Below are positions 26,900 to 39,899 of a DNA stretch of 64,000 bases, piece by piece. Every line of letters begins with the position of its first letter. Positions within the stretch are counted from its first letter, which is position 1. Under the pieces are notes generated by a model. That model saw only the letters and a list, made by a program, of their open reading frames with translations. It was not told where the DNA came from and ran no database searches. The translations under genes were made by a program, and so were the position numbers. The stretch is taken from the NCBI GenBank assembly GCA_000934665.2, contig KZ538395.1, positions 1 through 64,000 on the forward strand. Reading direction: 5' to 3'. This DNA comes from Catajapyx aquilonaris. Lineage: Eukaryota.

Positions 26900-29800
26900 G
26901 AATGCTAGCCCCCCTCTTCTTTATGCGTGGCAAAGTTTTGCATCTTTATTTGCGAGCTGAGAGTCTGGCGAGCAATTACGGAAAATGCATACGAGTCTTA
27001 TCAGAGTGCGTGTATATGCCTGCCTTTTGCAAAACCTTGAGTGGGCCCCGATTTTAGCTAAAGGCTCAAAAAGTGCAAAAAAAAGAGAGGAAGGCTTAGA
27101 ATAAGGGGGAAAAAAAGGTAGAGGATTTATGAGTAGCTGCGCCTTGTAGGATGGATCCATTTAAATTATTACCCCCTGCGAATGCTGATATGCGGTTTAC
27201 TGCATTACATCACGTTTACGTGGTTCAAGCCTTGAGTTTTGCTTGGTGTCCGACAGAGGACGTTGGGCTGGCCCTTTTCTGGCCGCCTCCTTATGTGGAG
27301 GGGGGCTCTCTTGATGATGTGTTTGATGTGCAGTGCTTTTTGGTCTGCTAAGGGTCACCTTGGTGTAATTTTAGAGCCGGAGATTGGGGTTCGAGAAATC
27401 TTATTTGGGATGATTGGTGTGCCTCCAGGGAATTTTGTGGCGCGTTTTGGTAGCCAGTGGAGAGCGGTGTATATAACTTGTAATGTACACTGAGTTCTGG
27501 CCTTTTTGGATGGCTTCAGGAGTTGTGTCTGATGTACGACCCTCTCTTTTTTTTCATTTCAAGGCTTGGGGGCTACGTGGGTGAGCCATGTACACTTGTG
27601 AGGCTTAGAAGAAATTCGAACCCAGTTAGCAACAGCATGCTTTTCCGGGTATATAGTATATAGCAGGCCAGTTTAACGGAATAAGTATCATCTTGGCCTG
27701 GCTCAGTGCGTTGAAATTATTGGCACAACCCTGAACCATCGGAGCGAAGATAATATATAGTGTATCGTAGCATATAATAATATACTACAGTGCCGAAGTA
27801 TATTAACACTTCCAGGAATGAATATGCATGGGTGGAAGAATAATTATTTATTAAATATATGCGCAGAATGGCCCAACTCGTGTAATAATATTATCGAACC
27901 ATATTTATACAGCAAAAGCATACAGTAAAAGTTATAAGTATTAACATGGAGTGCATGCAGATTCTGTGTGAACTTTCCAAAAACAATCACTTATAATAAT
28001 AATGTTTGCATAGTTTTCAATGGCCATGTTGACCTGAAATCTGCTCGTTGAATTTAATCGAGTGTAACATTTTGGGGATGTTTGTTAACACGTTGTTGTG
28101 GAACTTAGGTCAATTAGCACTAATGGCACATGGTTGGAGAGAGGTGGTCACTTCTTGATAATTAGTATCCAGTAGCAATATTTTTTGCGAACCGACTAAC
28201 AAGTGCAGCATTATCTAATTAAATTTTCCATGTTCTGACCCACTCAATACACAAGAAGGTGACCCTGTATATAGTTGGACGTAGTTTACTTTAAGGGCTG
28301 AAAATATTTGTTGTCACCGAGTGATGAGAAAGCACTTTGGGGAAGGTCTACCCTGAGAATATGCACACACTTTTTTTTTTGTGCGTCACGAACCCGTCGT
28401 CCTTGACAAATTCGGGGGTGTGCAATCGTCCAAAAAATGTCCCACGAATCCGCCGCAAATCAACGCCTTCCTTCTCTCCGATCCAGAAATTAATTAACAG
28501 ACAGAAAATTTCAGAGGTGGGCGTCTATCACGCAAAAATGGGTTTTCCTCCCACCCGAAAAAAAAAAACGGCGTCCCACGAATGCACCCCCTGGTTGTAT
28601 GGCCAATAATGAGGGGCTTTGTTGTGCCTGGACATTCTTCGGACGCGCGGCCTCTTTGAAAAGACTGCGGGGTTTGGAATTCGCCAGGGCTGGTCATCAT
28701 ATGGGGGGGGACTACTAGGGGAGGGGGCGGAAGTAAAATTTTAGTTGGTGATTGGAGGCATTACCCTGGCACATAAAAAGTGGGGTGGCCTATTGGTCCG
28801 TGGGGCGGGAAGCGCCTCCGAATGGCTTATAATTCTTTCTAGGCCAGCGCGTTTAGAAGCATGGGGGGGCTTGGGGGATGCGGCTATTGTTGAACCGAAT
28901 GGAAGAAATGTGTTGGCTTGTGGACCCCCCCCCCCTCTCCTTCTCTCCTCCCCAACTAAACCCCCCTACTCCAGGATAGTTTCCCAGAGGCCATTCTGCG
29001 GATGGAATTTTATTAAGGCGTCGAGCAGCATGCTGGAATAGGCATTCGGAATGGCCCGAGAGGGAGACAGATCGGCCGTTGCGGACATCGTAGGCCGTCG
29101 TCGGGAAAACCCCTTCGACATGGCCCAGGCTTAACAACTCCAGTTTGGGATGCCACAATGTCATTGCGCTATTGATGCTTTGGAGGTGTTGAGGCTTGGG
29201 CAGTTGTGTACCTCCACGACGTTCTGGGACATTTTGGCAGATGCACGTTTGGACTGCACCGACACTGAAACATGTAGGCTCAATAGTCAATTTATTTATG
29301 ACACCCGTGCAGTCATTAGCCAGGATAATCCGGGGGGGGGTNGGGGGGCTACAGTGTGTGTAGCCTCCACCACCGTAGGTCGCAAGCAAAGGAAAAAAAA
29401 AAAAAACTAGAGAAGCGAAGGTTTTTCTAGTCTATTTAAATTTCACTATTGAACACTACATGTAGCTGTCTAAAAATTGGGTGTCCGCAACCATTGCATT
29501 TCTAGACATTAAAATTGCTTTTGAATATTTTCAGCGGCTTCTGTGCCCATTTTAATTAGGAGTAATGGCAAATTCTGGAATTTCCAGTCAGAATCGACAG
29601 AATGTTCACATTTCTAGCATCGTATCGGCAGGAAATTGAATTTAGTTCCTTTGTTCGCATGATTTAAGAGCAACCATGAGTCTGTACAGGGCGAATCCTT
29701 TTCCTGACTGTTACATGACGTGGGTGGAGTCTGCGAGATATTCGCAGAAATTCTATGAACCTTTCAGTTTCTCAATTTGCAATTCTTCAAAAACTCCATG

Positions 29801-31336
29801 GTGGTCTTAGTGTGGGTTTTAGGCAACTAGAAAATGCAAAGGTCCATTAGTTTTACATCGTCTCAAAGATAACTACGTATAATGAATGCATTGTTTCACC
29901 ACATCATGGGCGGATGTATCCAGCTTTTAGCAGCAGAGTGAAATGCAAAGTAGGTGCCAAGTCAATGTTAGGTTACTTATTCATCTTAGGAAACTGCTGG
30001 GTGTGGTCATCTTGTATATTAATACTGATGGTGGCCATTCTTTTGTTTCCAAAATTAATTATAAGGATTAAATTTGACATATAACTAGCAGGCGTTGCCT
30101 CCTGCTGTGGCCGATTTTATTATAATGCACATTTCGCTAGGTGCATTGTTTACAGAATATCACAAATGCGAAAATCCGCATCATGGCCGACGTAACATGA
30201 ATCACGTGATAAATATACCTCGCACCACATTTCAATGGGATACTCCAGTTGGTTGAGAATAATTCGTAATTCTGCCTGATCCCGGAGATGATTAGCACAC
30301 CTGAGAGCAAATCTGGACAGGAAACATTTCCTGTTATGCATGGCGTAATGCAAGTCGTGCTTCGAGGAAGTTCATTGAAGTCTGTGGGGCCCACGGCCGG
30401 AATCGGAGGTGAGCCAGATGGGAAGGATATCGGTCTGAGAACATGTGGGAAAGGAGGATGTGGATTAATGAACTGCCTCGCATTGCGTACGAATAGACTG
30501 CGATGTAACATGTTGGAATAATACTGTATTGCATGAAACACAAGGGACATTCTGGTTGTAATTGAATTACACTGCTCCTTTCACGTATTAATTCTCCTTC
30601 CTCAATTTCCCCCCGACCTTTGACACCCAGCTGACCCCATGAATACGGACCTCAGAAACCCGCGGGCGTTTCTCGTAGTGTCCGAACCGCGCGAAAATCA
30701 CATACTCACATGTCATCGCACAACTCTTGCGAACCGGTTGATCGAGGTCGAGGTCACGGTGAAGCCATAAACCACCACCACCCCTTTGGTAATGAAGGAA
30801 AAAAATATATACCACGCAACGCCCCGCACGCCATACATTCAGTGTTGTCTCCACAGGACATTGCACCTCCCCAGGAACCCACTTCCTGCAACATCATCTT
30901 CCTTTAGAGTCTCTGACTTCTTTTTTTTTCTCTCTCTCTTCCCCTCCCCTTTTCTCCTTTCTTGTTGGAGCTTGGTGGTATTGTGGCAGTCTCTGCTTCA
31001 TCAGGTGGCTCTTGGGAGAGCATGTACCGTAGGCCCCCGGTATGGAAGAGGGGCAAACCCCTGGCCTTTCATCTCGGCAACGAGGGAAATTGGAGGGCTT
31101 CCTTGTGCCAAGCAAATCTGCCAGGGAAGTTGCTTCATCTTGTGCAGCCTCCCTATTATTCTCATATCAGAGCCCCGCACACTCCGGGCCCTTCATTCAA
31201 GACGACTGCCGACTATATGTATTTTATGGCCTTAAAAAAGAAGAGGAGCTAACTCTTTCAAAAATTGGCATAAGGTCTTGTACAGTTCATATTCGTCAAT
31301 TTCGACTACTTGAAGTGACTTGTACTTTATTTAAAA

Positions 31337-31587
31337 CCAGCAGAGGACCCGTTCTTCGTATGGTGATGAATTAAGAAGTGCGCCACAATTTCAGTATGAA
31401 ACACCATATTTAAAATTCCTACATTTTGGGTATTTAGACACAAAAAATTGCAGTTTTCGGACTTTTCCCTAAGCGGCACGTAAGAGGTCCGTGTGCCAAG
31501 TTTCAGTGCTCTCGACACTCCGGTAGTGGGTTAGGTAGCTGTGTACATAAATACCAACAAACTTTCTGCTTTGTATATGTAAGAAGA
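31337..31587 (-). mobile_element. Non-autonomous Helitron-like element, copy 2
   Basis: The minus strand starts A|TCTTCTTACATATACAAAGCAGAAAGTTTGTTGG and ends ...GGGTCCTCTGCTGG|T (CTRR), preceded by a degenerate subterminal hairpin. Homologous to 8364-8659. Confidence 0.8.
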
Positions 31588-32509
31588 TAGCTGTTGTTGA
31601 ATTTCTAGAGCTTTGCCTCCAGCTGCTCAATTTTTACCATCAATAGCGCTTCTCTTAGGTTGCATAGTTACTCAACAATTATTGTAACCTCCAGCTGCGT
31701 AAGTCATTAATAAACTATTACCAACTTTCCCACCTGTAATAGAAAAGTAGCAATGTTTTTTTGTGTTAAAAATCGGCATGCATCGGAGCTTCTACGTCAC
31801 ATTTAGCAATTCCATGCGTACCATTGACATGCGAGCGTAACCCCGGCAATGTTTTTTTTTTAAAAAAAGAATGCCAGTTTCGCACAGTACAGTGCAAATA
31901 CGGTGTGAGATTTCGCGTGCGTGACTCCTCTCCATGTGTGATGCAACCCAAAGTTAAGGAGGGGGGTGGTCCCCCATCGTTCTTGGCCTTTCCCAGTAGG
32001 TGAAGGATTGTCGTGAGACGCTCAGGTGGTGACGTCACTTCACGGCCCGATATGGCAACCTGGCCAGGCATTGTCTCCCTAACCCTTCCCCTCTTCATCC
32101 CGGTAGGATGGCACCCCAGGCTTTGGTGAAAGGAGGCAGAGGGGCCCCCCCTCCTCTTCTGATGGATGCGTAAGTTTTGCGCAGTTGGTACCGTTAACAA
32201 CATGCCCGAAGAGATACGTCGCTTAGAAGCCGGGGGGATGGGATGAATAATTGCGCAATTACCAGTGTTGTTGAGGCGCTTCCGGGATAGAAGCCGTCTG
32301 CTTATTTGGACGGGCGTGAATTAGTTGGTAAGTCCTTTGTACTAATATCACGGTTGTTTCACTGCTAATCAGTGTATAACTGGTGCGTGTAGCCATTCTG
32401 CTTGTGTCATTGTTGGTGAATCAGACAATGTCATCCTAATCGGAGTGACAGACTTGCATCGCTTGGCACCCTTGCACATGAGGTGCCATTGTCATCTCTC
32501 AGCTTCAGC

Positions 32510-32567
32510 TACAGGGTACAACTTGCAGAAATCTGGCAACCAACACTCTCTTGTAGGACACCCTGTA
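32510..32567. mobile_element. Possible tiny Tc1/mariner-type MITE remnant
   Basis: Bounded by TACAGGGT...ACCCTGTA (8-bp inverted ends including the TA). Similar TACAGGG(T/C)G ends occur singly at about 2596, 29686, 36222 and 36530. Confidence 0.3.
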
Positions 32568-33149
32568 CATCGCCTCGAGCAAAAAAAGGCAGGCTAATAT
32601 GTGTACTCCCTCACTAGTTGAGTGTACAACTGTACATTACTGTGTATGTATTCCTAGTACAGGCAGTTGGTTTCTTCCCGAACAAAAGAGTGGCCTACAG
32701 TTGGCACACCCGATAGTTTGGCGACAGTTTTCCCCGCTTTCTCCAAAAATTCCTGCTCGAGCCCCCCCTATAGCTCCTCCCTAAAAACCCTCCCATCACC
32801 CTGAGGGAGGGTTTGTGTGTGGCTGGGGTACCTGGGTTTTTCCCCTTGGCCTTTGTGAAGGTCCCCAGAAACGGGCGACCCCTGGCTTGGGGGATTGGCT
32901 GAATGAATGGCCAGAATAGGCACTTTGGGTATGGGGTGAGACTGGGGAGGGGGGGCTGAGGATTGTGAAAAACATCCCCCCTCCCCACACACACAAATCC
33001 TCCCCTTTCCACTCCCTACCCTCTCCCCGTCCCGTCGAACCCTCTAACCCTAGGGTCCCGTGCCGAGGCATTGTGAGTGCGGGCCATGTGCTGTATGCAC
33101 ACGAGGGGAATAAGGTCGGCGTCCTTGTGTTGTGTTGGCCTGCTTGGCT

Positions 33150-33266
33150 TGTTCAGAAGAGAAGGAGGATTCGGTGCTGGTGGTGGTGTAGTGCGCGTGT
33201 GCTGCAGAAAATCGCGCGCGCCGAGTGTGTGGGAGAGTGTGTAGTGTTCGGTTCGAGCCTGTAAGT
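33150..33266 (+). promoter_or_regulatory. Possible non-coding exon or alternative first exon ending at a GTAAGT donor
   Basis: CpG/GT-rich, ATG-free segment (CGCGCGCGCCGAGTGTGTG...) ending CCT|GTAAGT at 33261. The start coordinate is approximate. Confidence 0.3.
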
Positions 33267-36200
33267 AACTGGGGGGAAAAAATGGCACCGGATTTATAAA
33301 CTATATGTCACGGTCCGTCACACTAACCTTGAGCATGCTCGGTATGAAGCTGGTAATTTACGGAGAGCTTATGAGGAAGTTGGGGAGGTAGCACTTAAGC
33401 CCAATTTGGCAAACTTGCAACCGAATCATGCGGGTTTCCGGCTAACTTTTAGTAGCTCGGAAGGAAGGGGTCAGCGCTAGACTTGATGGCGCCTAGGCCG
33501 AGTCGGGCGGCGTTGCCCACTTGTTGATAATGATCCTCGTGGCCTGGATTTCCCGGTGTGTGTATGTATGGCCTTGCGATTACGCCAAAGGCAAACCGGG
33601 GGTTAACTCATCTCTGCCTTGTCTTATGATGCAACTTGAGATTTTTACTCACTTTCTATGGCAAAATACCAGCTCGTTTCGACTGCCTTTCGAAATTTTG
33701 TTGTTTGTCTAACAATGTGGGCGGAATGGGCCCAAATTATGGCTTGGATTGCGGATGGTTACAAGCGAGTTGTACATAAAGTACTGTACATCACTGGTGT
33801 GAAACGGTGGGGTTGACCAGCGTGACGCAGCTTGACGGGTCGTGCCCAAAATTCGTTATAGAGCAAAGGTAGCCGAAAATTTTTCTAAGCTGAGTGAAAC
33901 GTCCTATTTTTGTGGGGAAGAACGAAAGTTGGGGGAGGGGGTCCGAAACAGTGGGACGTACTTTTTGAAGTAGTTTCTGGCGTGACTGTACGTGACATGA
34001 AGGCGGGGCGTGGCGTCACATAATGTCGAACATCAGTGTGACACGCTTTATGTATCATCAGGAAGTCAGTAAAGTCTGTTACGCATATGTTAAAATAACT
34101 AGCATCGTAATAATTTACCTAGAAACAAATTAGCTTTTTGCACCCTATAGTGATTGTAGCTAACTATAGTTACTTTCTCAGAGTAACTTCCCCAACTCTC
34201 CCATTTGTAGCCCCGAATAATTGCTCCCAAGGGACAGATTTCTGGCACCACGCGTCTAGCCATCCTCGTCGTTGTCCTAAGTGGTTTTCTAATGACGTCA
34301 TGGGGAAAGCATGACGTCACTTATCGAGTAATAAGTGTAATTGGCATCATGATGCTAGTGTTTAAAATGAGGTCTGGGTTCGGCCCGAAAAATCAGATCG
34401 AAGGGTTCCATTTTATAACAACTCTGCCGCCGAGTGTCAAACCCGAATAAATATCAAACAGACGACGGTTTGTTAGCTCGACGTCCCCGACGGTGGATCG
34501 ACGAAAGATCACCATTTAAAATTTACGCCCGGGAAATGAAGCCGTTGAAGAGCAGTTGCCATTAAAAGCGATTCGTCTTTTGAGGATTTTGCTGCTTGTC
34601 TGGATCTTTCCTGCGACTGATTTTCACTAGGTTTAATCAATACAGGAGGAATTACCTCTTTTAGGTCCTTTTTTTCTCTCCTTTTCCCCCGTTCCACCCC
34701 TGCAGCCACCAATCCACGTGGGTGTCTCTCGGGGTATCTGCTCTCCCTGGGTCCTTTTATATTTGATAGGCTCCTTGGAAAAGCGGTTTTGCAGCCCCAA
34801 TTTTATTCCGGGAGCCGTCTTGGGAACTTCCGACTGTTGTGAAGCGGCAGATTAATCATTGGGAGATAAATTATTAAATGTGATCACGCAGGAAGGCGTG
34901 CTGCTTAAGGGCCTGTTTCCCAAGGCTTTTGAGGGAACCAGAAGAGAGCAGGAATCGAGCCTCTCTCGGAGAGTGTAAATCAACCCCCCTTGGAAATTAA
35001 TTCTAGCTAATCAAATGTCACTGGTAGAGCTTGTGAACTGGGATGTAAGCGATTCTAAGGGGTTATCCTCATTAACTTTAAGGAAGACCATTTGCGCACT
35101 ATCCAGGAGTCTGCACGTTTGAGAGAAAACTGCAGCATCGTTTTTTTTTCTCCGTGGCCCAGAAGGAACACCCTGTAATTCTGGCCGCCATTCAGCTGTA
35201 GTAAGTAGCCTGGGTAGTAGAGTGCGAAACATGAGACGGGAGCATTACAGAGCATCGCTTGGGCATTAGAGATGAAAAGCAAATGATAGTGGTAGCTCGC
35301 AGGACTACGGGAGAGGCAGCATGTGCTGCTGACAGCTCGGGCTTTACCTTTTGCCAAATGGAAAGAGCGCAAGCTTCTCCAGACATTGTTCGTGGGTCTG
35401 ACGCAATTCGCTCGTTCATGTGCAGGTCTCCGGCACACTGCGCATTGTCATGCTCGCGCACACGCACCTCAGGATAATAATAATAATATATAATAAAAAA
35501 AGAGAGGTTGTGTAGAAACGTGGAAACTCGATGACCAACACGGGTCGATTCTCATATCCTGAGCGGGTACATCTCATGTTTCGTGTGGTTGACAAACTAC
35601 ACTGTAGTCGTGCGCGCTCTCTCTCTCCTCCCTCAGTCTACTTTTTTTTGGGGAGGTACACGCCCCGGTATCAAAATAGCGCTCTTCAGTGGCAAAGGAG
35701 CCGAGGCACAGATCTGTTTCAAGCATGTTAATGGATGCCCACAGGGCTTCTCTAGGCTCACAAAGAGGCTCTCTGCAACCGTAGCTTCCTACCCAAGTAC
35801 GGTGAAACCATAATGCCCTTCAGGTGTCGAGCCCGAGACTTGACAGCGCGCGCTCAGGAAGGAGGCAAGAACGTACGTAACTCTGTTAACAAGTAAAGCG
35901 GCACAATAATAACCGAGACACTTGACCTCCAGGCATGCGAGAGGAGGAGGAGGAGACGAGACCTGAATACATAACATTCCGAGGTTGGAAGATGGCATGT
36001 GCATGGCATTGCATTAATGCTCGATAAGCGTCCGGTGCAACGACCTGCAGCACAGCCGGTCAGAAAATGTTCTGTTATCAATGTACGGAATGGATATGAG
36101 AGGCTTCCGATAGATACTCGGTCGTCTTCGTCAGACCGTTGAGGATTTGCAGTTAGTAATAGCTGGTTGGGCTGGGAAGGGGAAGTCTGCTTGGTGAGTC

Positions 36201-39200
36201 ACCTACTTTTGATTCACACAGTACAGGGTGTGACCATTCCGCTTTCTCGGACATTACCAACACTCTTAGTTTCGAATTGATGCGCGAACACTCCCATTAT
36301 TGCTCTCTTGGTGACTAAAGTACAGGACGAAAACATCTGAATCGGTCATGCCGATTGCAAAAAGGCACAATATCAGACACAGGGTAGCGCACTGCCCAAA
36401 AGAAGCCAATTCAAGGAGTGGGTGTATCTTGTTTGCCTAAGCAACCTGGTTGGAAGGAAGAATTAGTTGCGTTTGGAAAAATTTATGAGAGCAAATCACG
36501 TCTCCAAGCACCGTTTGCTATTGTTTCGGTACAGGGCGTATATGTTTGAATCTCGTGTGAAATTTTGTAACGGTAGTTTATATACGTATGCCTGTTAAAA
36601 ATAAAGTGGCATCATCCCTGGCGCTGGAGCCAGTAAGGTTGGAGTTTGCCAACGTGTGCACGCAGTGTATTTGCACAAATGTTGAGTAGACGAGGAGTCC
36701 GCAAATAGCATGCATGGCAATCAGTGTTGCAACAAGTGTTGACTTGGATGATTTGATGTCATAATATGTTGGGTATATGGGGGGGGAAGTCTGCGTAGTT
36801 GACCTATGGCCCTTGTGCCCACCACACTCTTTGAAACCGCCGTTGTTTGCCCGAGCAATCACCAAGAGCAAATTTTACTAGATGCAATTTGATATTCAAT
36901 CGTTGAAAAGCGCTGTGTGTTTGTACCTAATCTGACGAGTGATGGGATTGCAAGTGCAATTATTTGCAAACAAAAATGTACAAGAGCCTCCCAGGCATGG
37001 GCGTAATTCCGACCATGCAGGCTGCATAAATTCGAAATAACAGTTATTCGGGGAGCAGGAGGCTCAAGTCTTAGGCTTGTTTCGTGCAGCACGAGGTCCC
37101 TTTGAGTATTTAGCTGCCTTTTGTGATAGCACCCAACATCAGAGGCGCGCAATAAATTATTCCCAGTAATTCTCTAATATCTCTTATGCCCTCTCTCCGT
37201 TCCGACTAATGCTATTGGTGCAAAAGTTTTGTTTCTGAGAAACGGAAACCTGCAATGATCATTCCAGTGGAACAAACTTGATCTTCTCTGTTTGCATGTA
37301 TATATCGAAAGCTCATAAGAAGAGTTCGCAGGGGAGGATGCCGCTCAGCGCTTGTAATTTGAAAATTTTTCCCTGGACGAATATTCGCTGCCTGGAAAAA
37401 CAGGAAGAGAGTGTCTCTGGAAACAACTTCCTGAAAGATGCATCTTCTTAGACGTTTAATTAACGAGCCTGGAAGTGTCCTCCTCTTCCAGCAACCTCCC
37501 CAGTTTCAAAAGGGGAGAAAAAATATATATGGCTGATCCAGAGTTTTTTTTTTTTTTGAGGCCACGTTTTTTTAACACTAAAAAAAAAGCTGGATCCTGG
37601 GAGAGAAGCGAGCACCTCCCGGTCTCTCCTAGCGACATAATTAGCAAGAGGCGGGAGATGATGACGGGGATAATTAGTTTGTAATAGATAAGGAGCCCTG
37701 CAGAATAGGACGCGGGATTCCCGACATTTTCGGCGGGATATAAGTCCGGGAGATCTGCCTTGGGATTTACATCAATTGGGCCAGGGGGTAAAAAAAAAGA
37801 GAGGACGCTCCCTGGAGGCTTTTCCCCTGATGATAAAATAAGTAGTTAGGAGCTTGTTAGGAAGGAATCATCTCCCTGGTGACGGAATCCTATAGGCCAG
37901 GAGATAGTTTTCGCGTTTTATTATGCTGTCGAAGAGAGGTCGTAAACCGGGGTGTGGCTGTAAACATTTTGGGCATCAGCAAAAAGAAATGTCCCTAGGG
38001 ATCTGAGAGGAGAAAAGTGCGATCATTGCTGTCCGGAAAATGTATATCATCCCGCAGTTAGTTCAAGTGCTTCGAGAGTAAATTGCAATATTCAACACTA
38101 ATCAGGAGCAGCAGTGGTGCTGGGCTAGGTGCGTTTCACCAAGTACATGTTTCGCGGTAATTTTACTGCCTCTATAGTGCGACTCCGCCGCAGATTAGTT
38201 TATCCGGTTATGGCAGTCATTAGAAGACCACTAATTCGGAAGATTCCGTTTCGGAAGTCCCGGCCACATTTCGAGGCATTAAATCTCTTCCGAAAGGACA
38301 GGGTTGCTGCAGGTTAGAAAAATATGTCTGTAAAACATCAGGGGGAGTGTTTCGCAATTTTGGCACCCCAAATTCATTATTTCGCACTGGAATAAGGCTT
38401 GCATATGCCAAATACGCACGTTCAAGTTTCGAAGGGGGCGGTTGGCAGTAACCAGAAGAAATTCCGATATCGAGTGGGTTAGAAGGGGCTTCTGTTTACT
38501 CATGAATTGGAGATGAGAAAACTTGTGCCCTCCGGCGAAGGGCCAAACGAGACTTGTGTGTACTCTACGTGAGGTGGAAAAATATCATTTCTTTCTTTAA
38601 ACAAAAAAAAGCAAAAAAAAACCGCGGCTTAAACGCGCATTTTAATGCGAAGTTATGGAGCGTGTTTACTGCATCTGCATCCAAATTAGCAATTTCGGTG
38701 TAGTGATAACGGGTTGGGGGGCGATAAATTTTTGGTTGTATTTGCCATCATGTTGCTGACAGGCACCAAGGCTGCATGAAGCTCATTTCTTGCTCGCCAG
38801 ATCTTATCACGTGTGATTAGTAAATTACAGTCAGGAAACTGTTATGGTTGAAAATTGCAATGGTTTGCTGAGAGACGCATGGTTTCGTTGCTCAGGGCTA
38901 ACAAAACATCATTGTTGTTCTAATGTCAACACCAATGGCAGCAAATATAGCCATGAACAAATTTATGAGAGAGTGACCCTGCTTTATCTGTCGATTCACT
39001 CGTATGATCCCTGACCAAAGCAGAAATGCCCGCGTACGTGCCACCGAGCTCTGCCCACATAAATAATAATTAAGCCTCAAGAGTCTGGTGGCTTATGAAT
39101 ATTTTCGTTGAATAATGGCGTCGGTTGCAAGAGTGTCATGCGCTCTAATTCTGGCAATTATCATCTTGTTTGTTATGCAACGGTTCTTTTGAGACATGTT

Positions 39201-39507
39201 TCTCCTCCCCTTTCGCAACGTGCTTTTGTTTCACGGAAATGAATGCGTCAAGTCAGCAGAACGGTTGGTACAGTTTCCTTGGACATGTGACATTTCCGGT
39301 ACATATTCAATAAACCATGCCGCCATTGCCAATTTTGGGTACATGTATGAGCAGCTGCTTCTAACACCAAATTGAGCATCCCAGGTGTGTCTGAGACTAA
39401 CTCTAACCAAGTGTATTTTTTTTTAAGCGTTCCCCCTTCCCCCATCTCTTTTTTTGTGATGAGAAGGGGGAAGTGACCCTTGACACATCTGCCCTGGTAT
39501 ACCACTC

Positions 39508-39546
39508 TCTGATTTGTGCCCTCCTCCTCTTTTTTTGCAGGTAAGC
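39508..39546 (+). other. Candidate recursive splice site (ratchet point) 2, AG|GT at 39540/39541
   Basis: CTGAT branch-like motif (A at 39512), then TTGTGCCCTCCTCCTCTTTTTTTGCAG|GTAAGC. AG-free for about 65 nt upstream. Downstream donors GTGAGA (39589) and GTGAGT (39632). Confidence 0.72.
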
Positions 39547-39597
39547 GGCTTCTTACCGGCTCTAAAAAAAAACATTGAAAAAAAAAAAGTGAGACTA

Positions 39598-39680
39598 GCG
39601 AGCGAGAGAGCGAGAGAGAGAGTGTGTGTTTGTGAGTTTTTGGGTTAGTTATCCGGAGTCGGTGTTGGGCTTCACAGACG
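39598..39680 (+). promoter_or_regulatory. Possible internal promoter: GAGA-rich tract plus Inr-like TTAGTT
   Basis: GCGAGCGAGAGAGCGAGAGAGAGAG at 39598-39622, TTAGTT at 39645-39650, and DPE-like AGACG at 39676 (2 nt off the canonical +28 spacing). Lies about 190 nt upstream of the candidate ATG. Confidence 0.35.
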
Positions 39681-39836
39681 CACAAATCCTATCCGCGTTA
39701 GGCTCAGAGTGAGACTTGTGGAATAGGCATTGAGTGAAAGGAAGTGGTTTTGACACACACAAAAGCGAAAAAAAGAATCCTCGCAAACGCTCACATATAC
39801 AAAAACCCACCTCCAATAAGAGGGGAGAGATAGACT

Positions 39837-39899
39837 ATGAAGAGACCGGCGTCGGATGTCCAGTACTTCGCCTTCATGCCGTACCTGGCGGATCCTCAG
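39837..39899 (+). CDS. Candidate initial coding exon, MKRPASDVQYFAFMPYLADPQ (21 codons, phase-0 donor); product unknown
   Basis: First ATG after a 296-nt ATG-free leader, with an in-frame TAG 6 nt upstream. 17 of 21 codons end in G/C against an A-rich flank. Ends at a good donor, CAG|GTAGGT (39900). Confidence 0.6.

Noticed and set aside
30995..31012. Partial match to miR-305 (CTTCATCAGGTG); similar partial matches to miR-1, miR-71 and miR-276 elsewhere
   Set aside because: The matches are incomplete and there is no supporting pre-miRNA hairpin.
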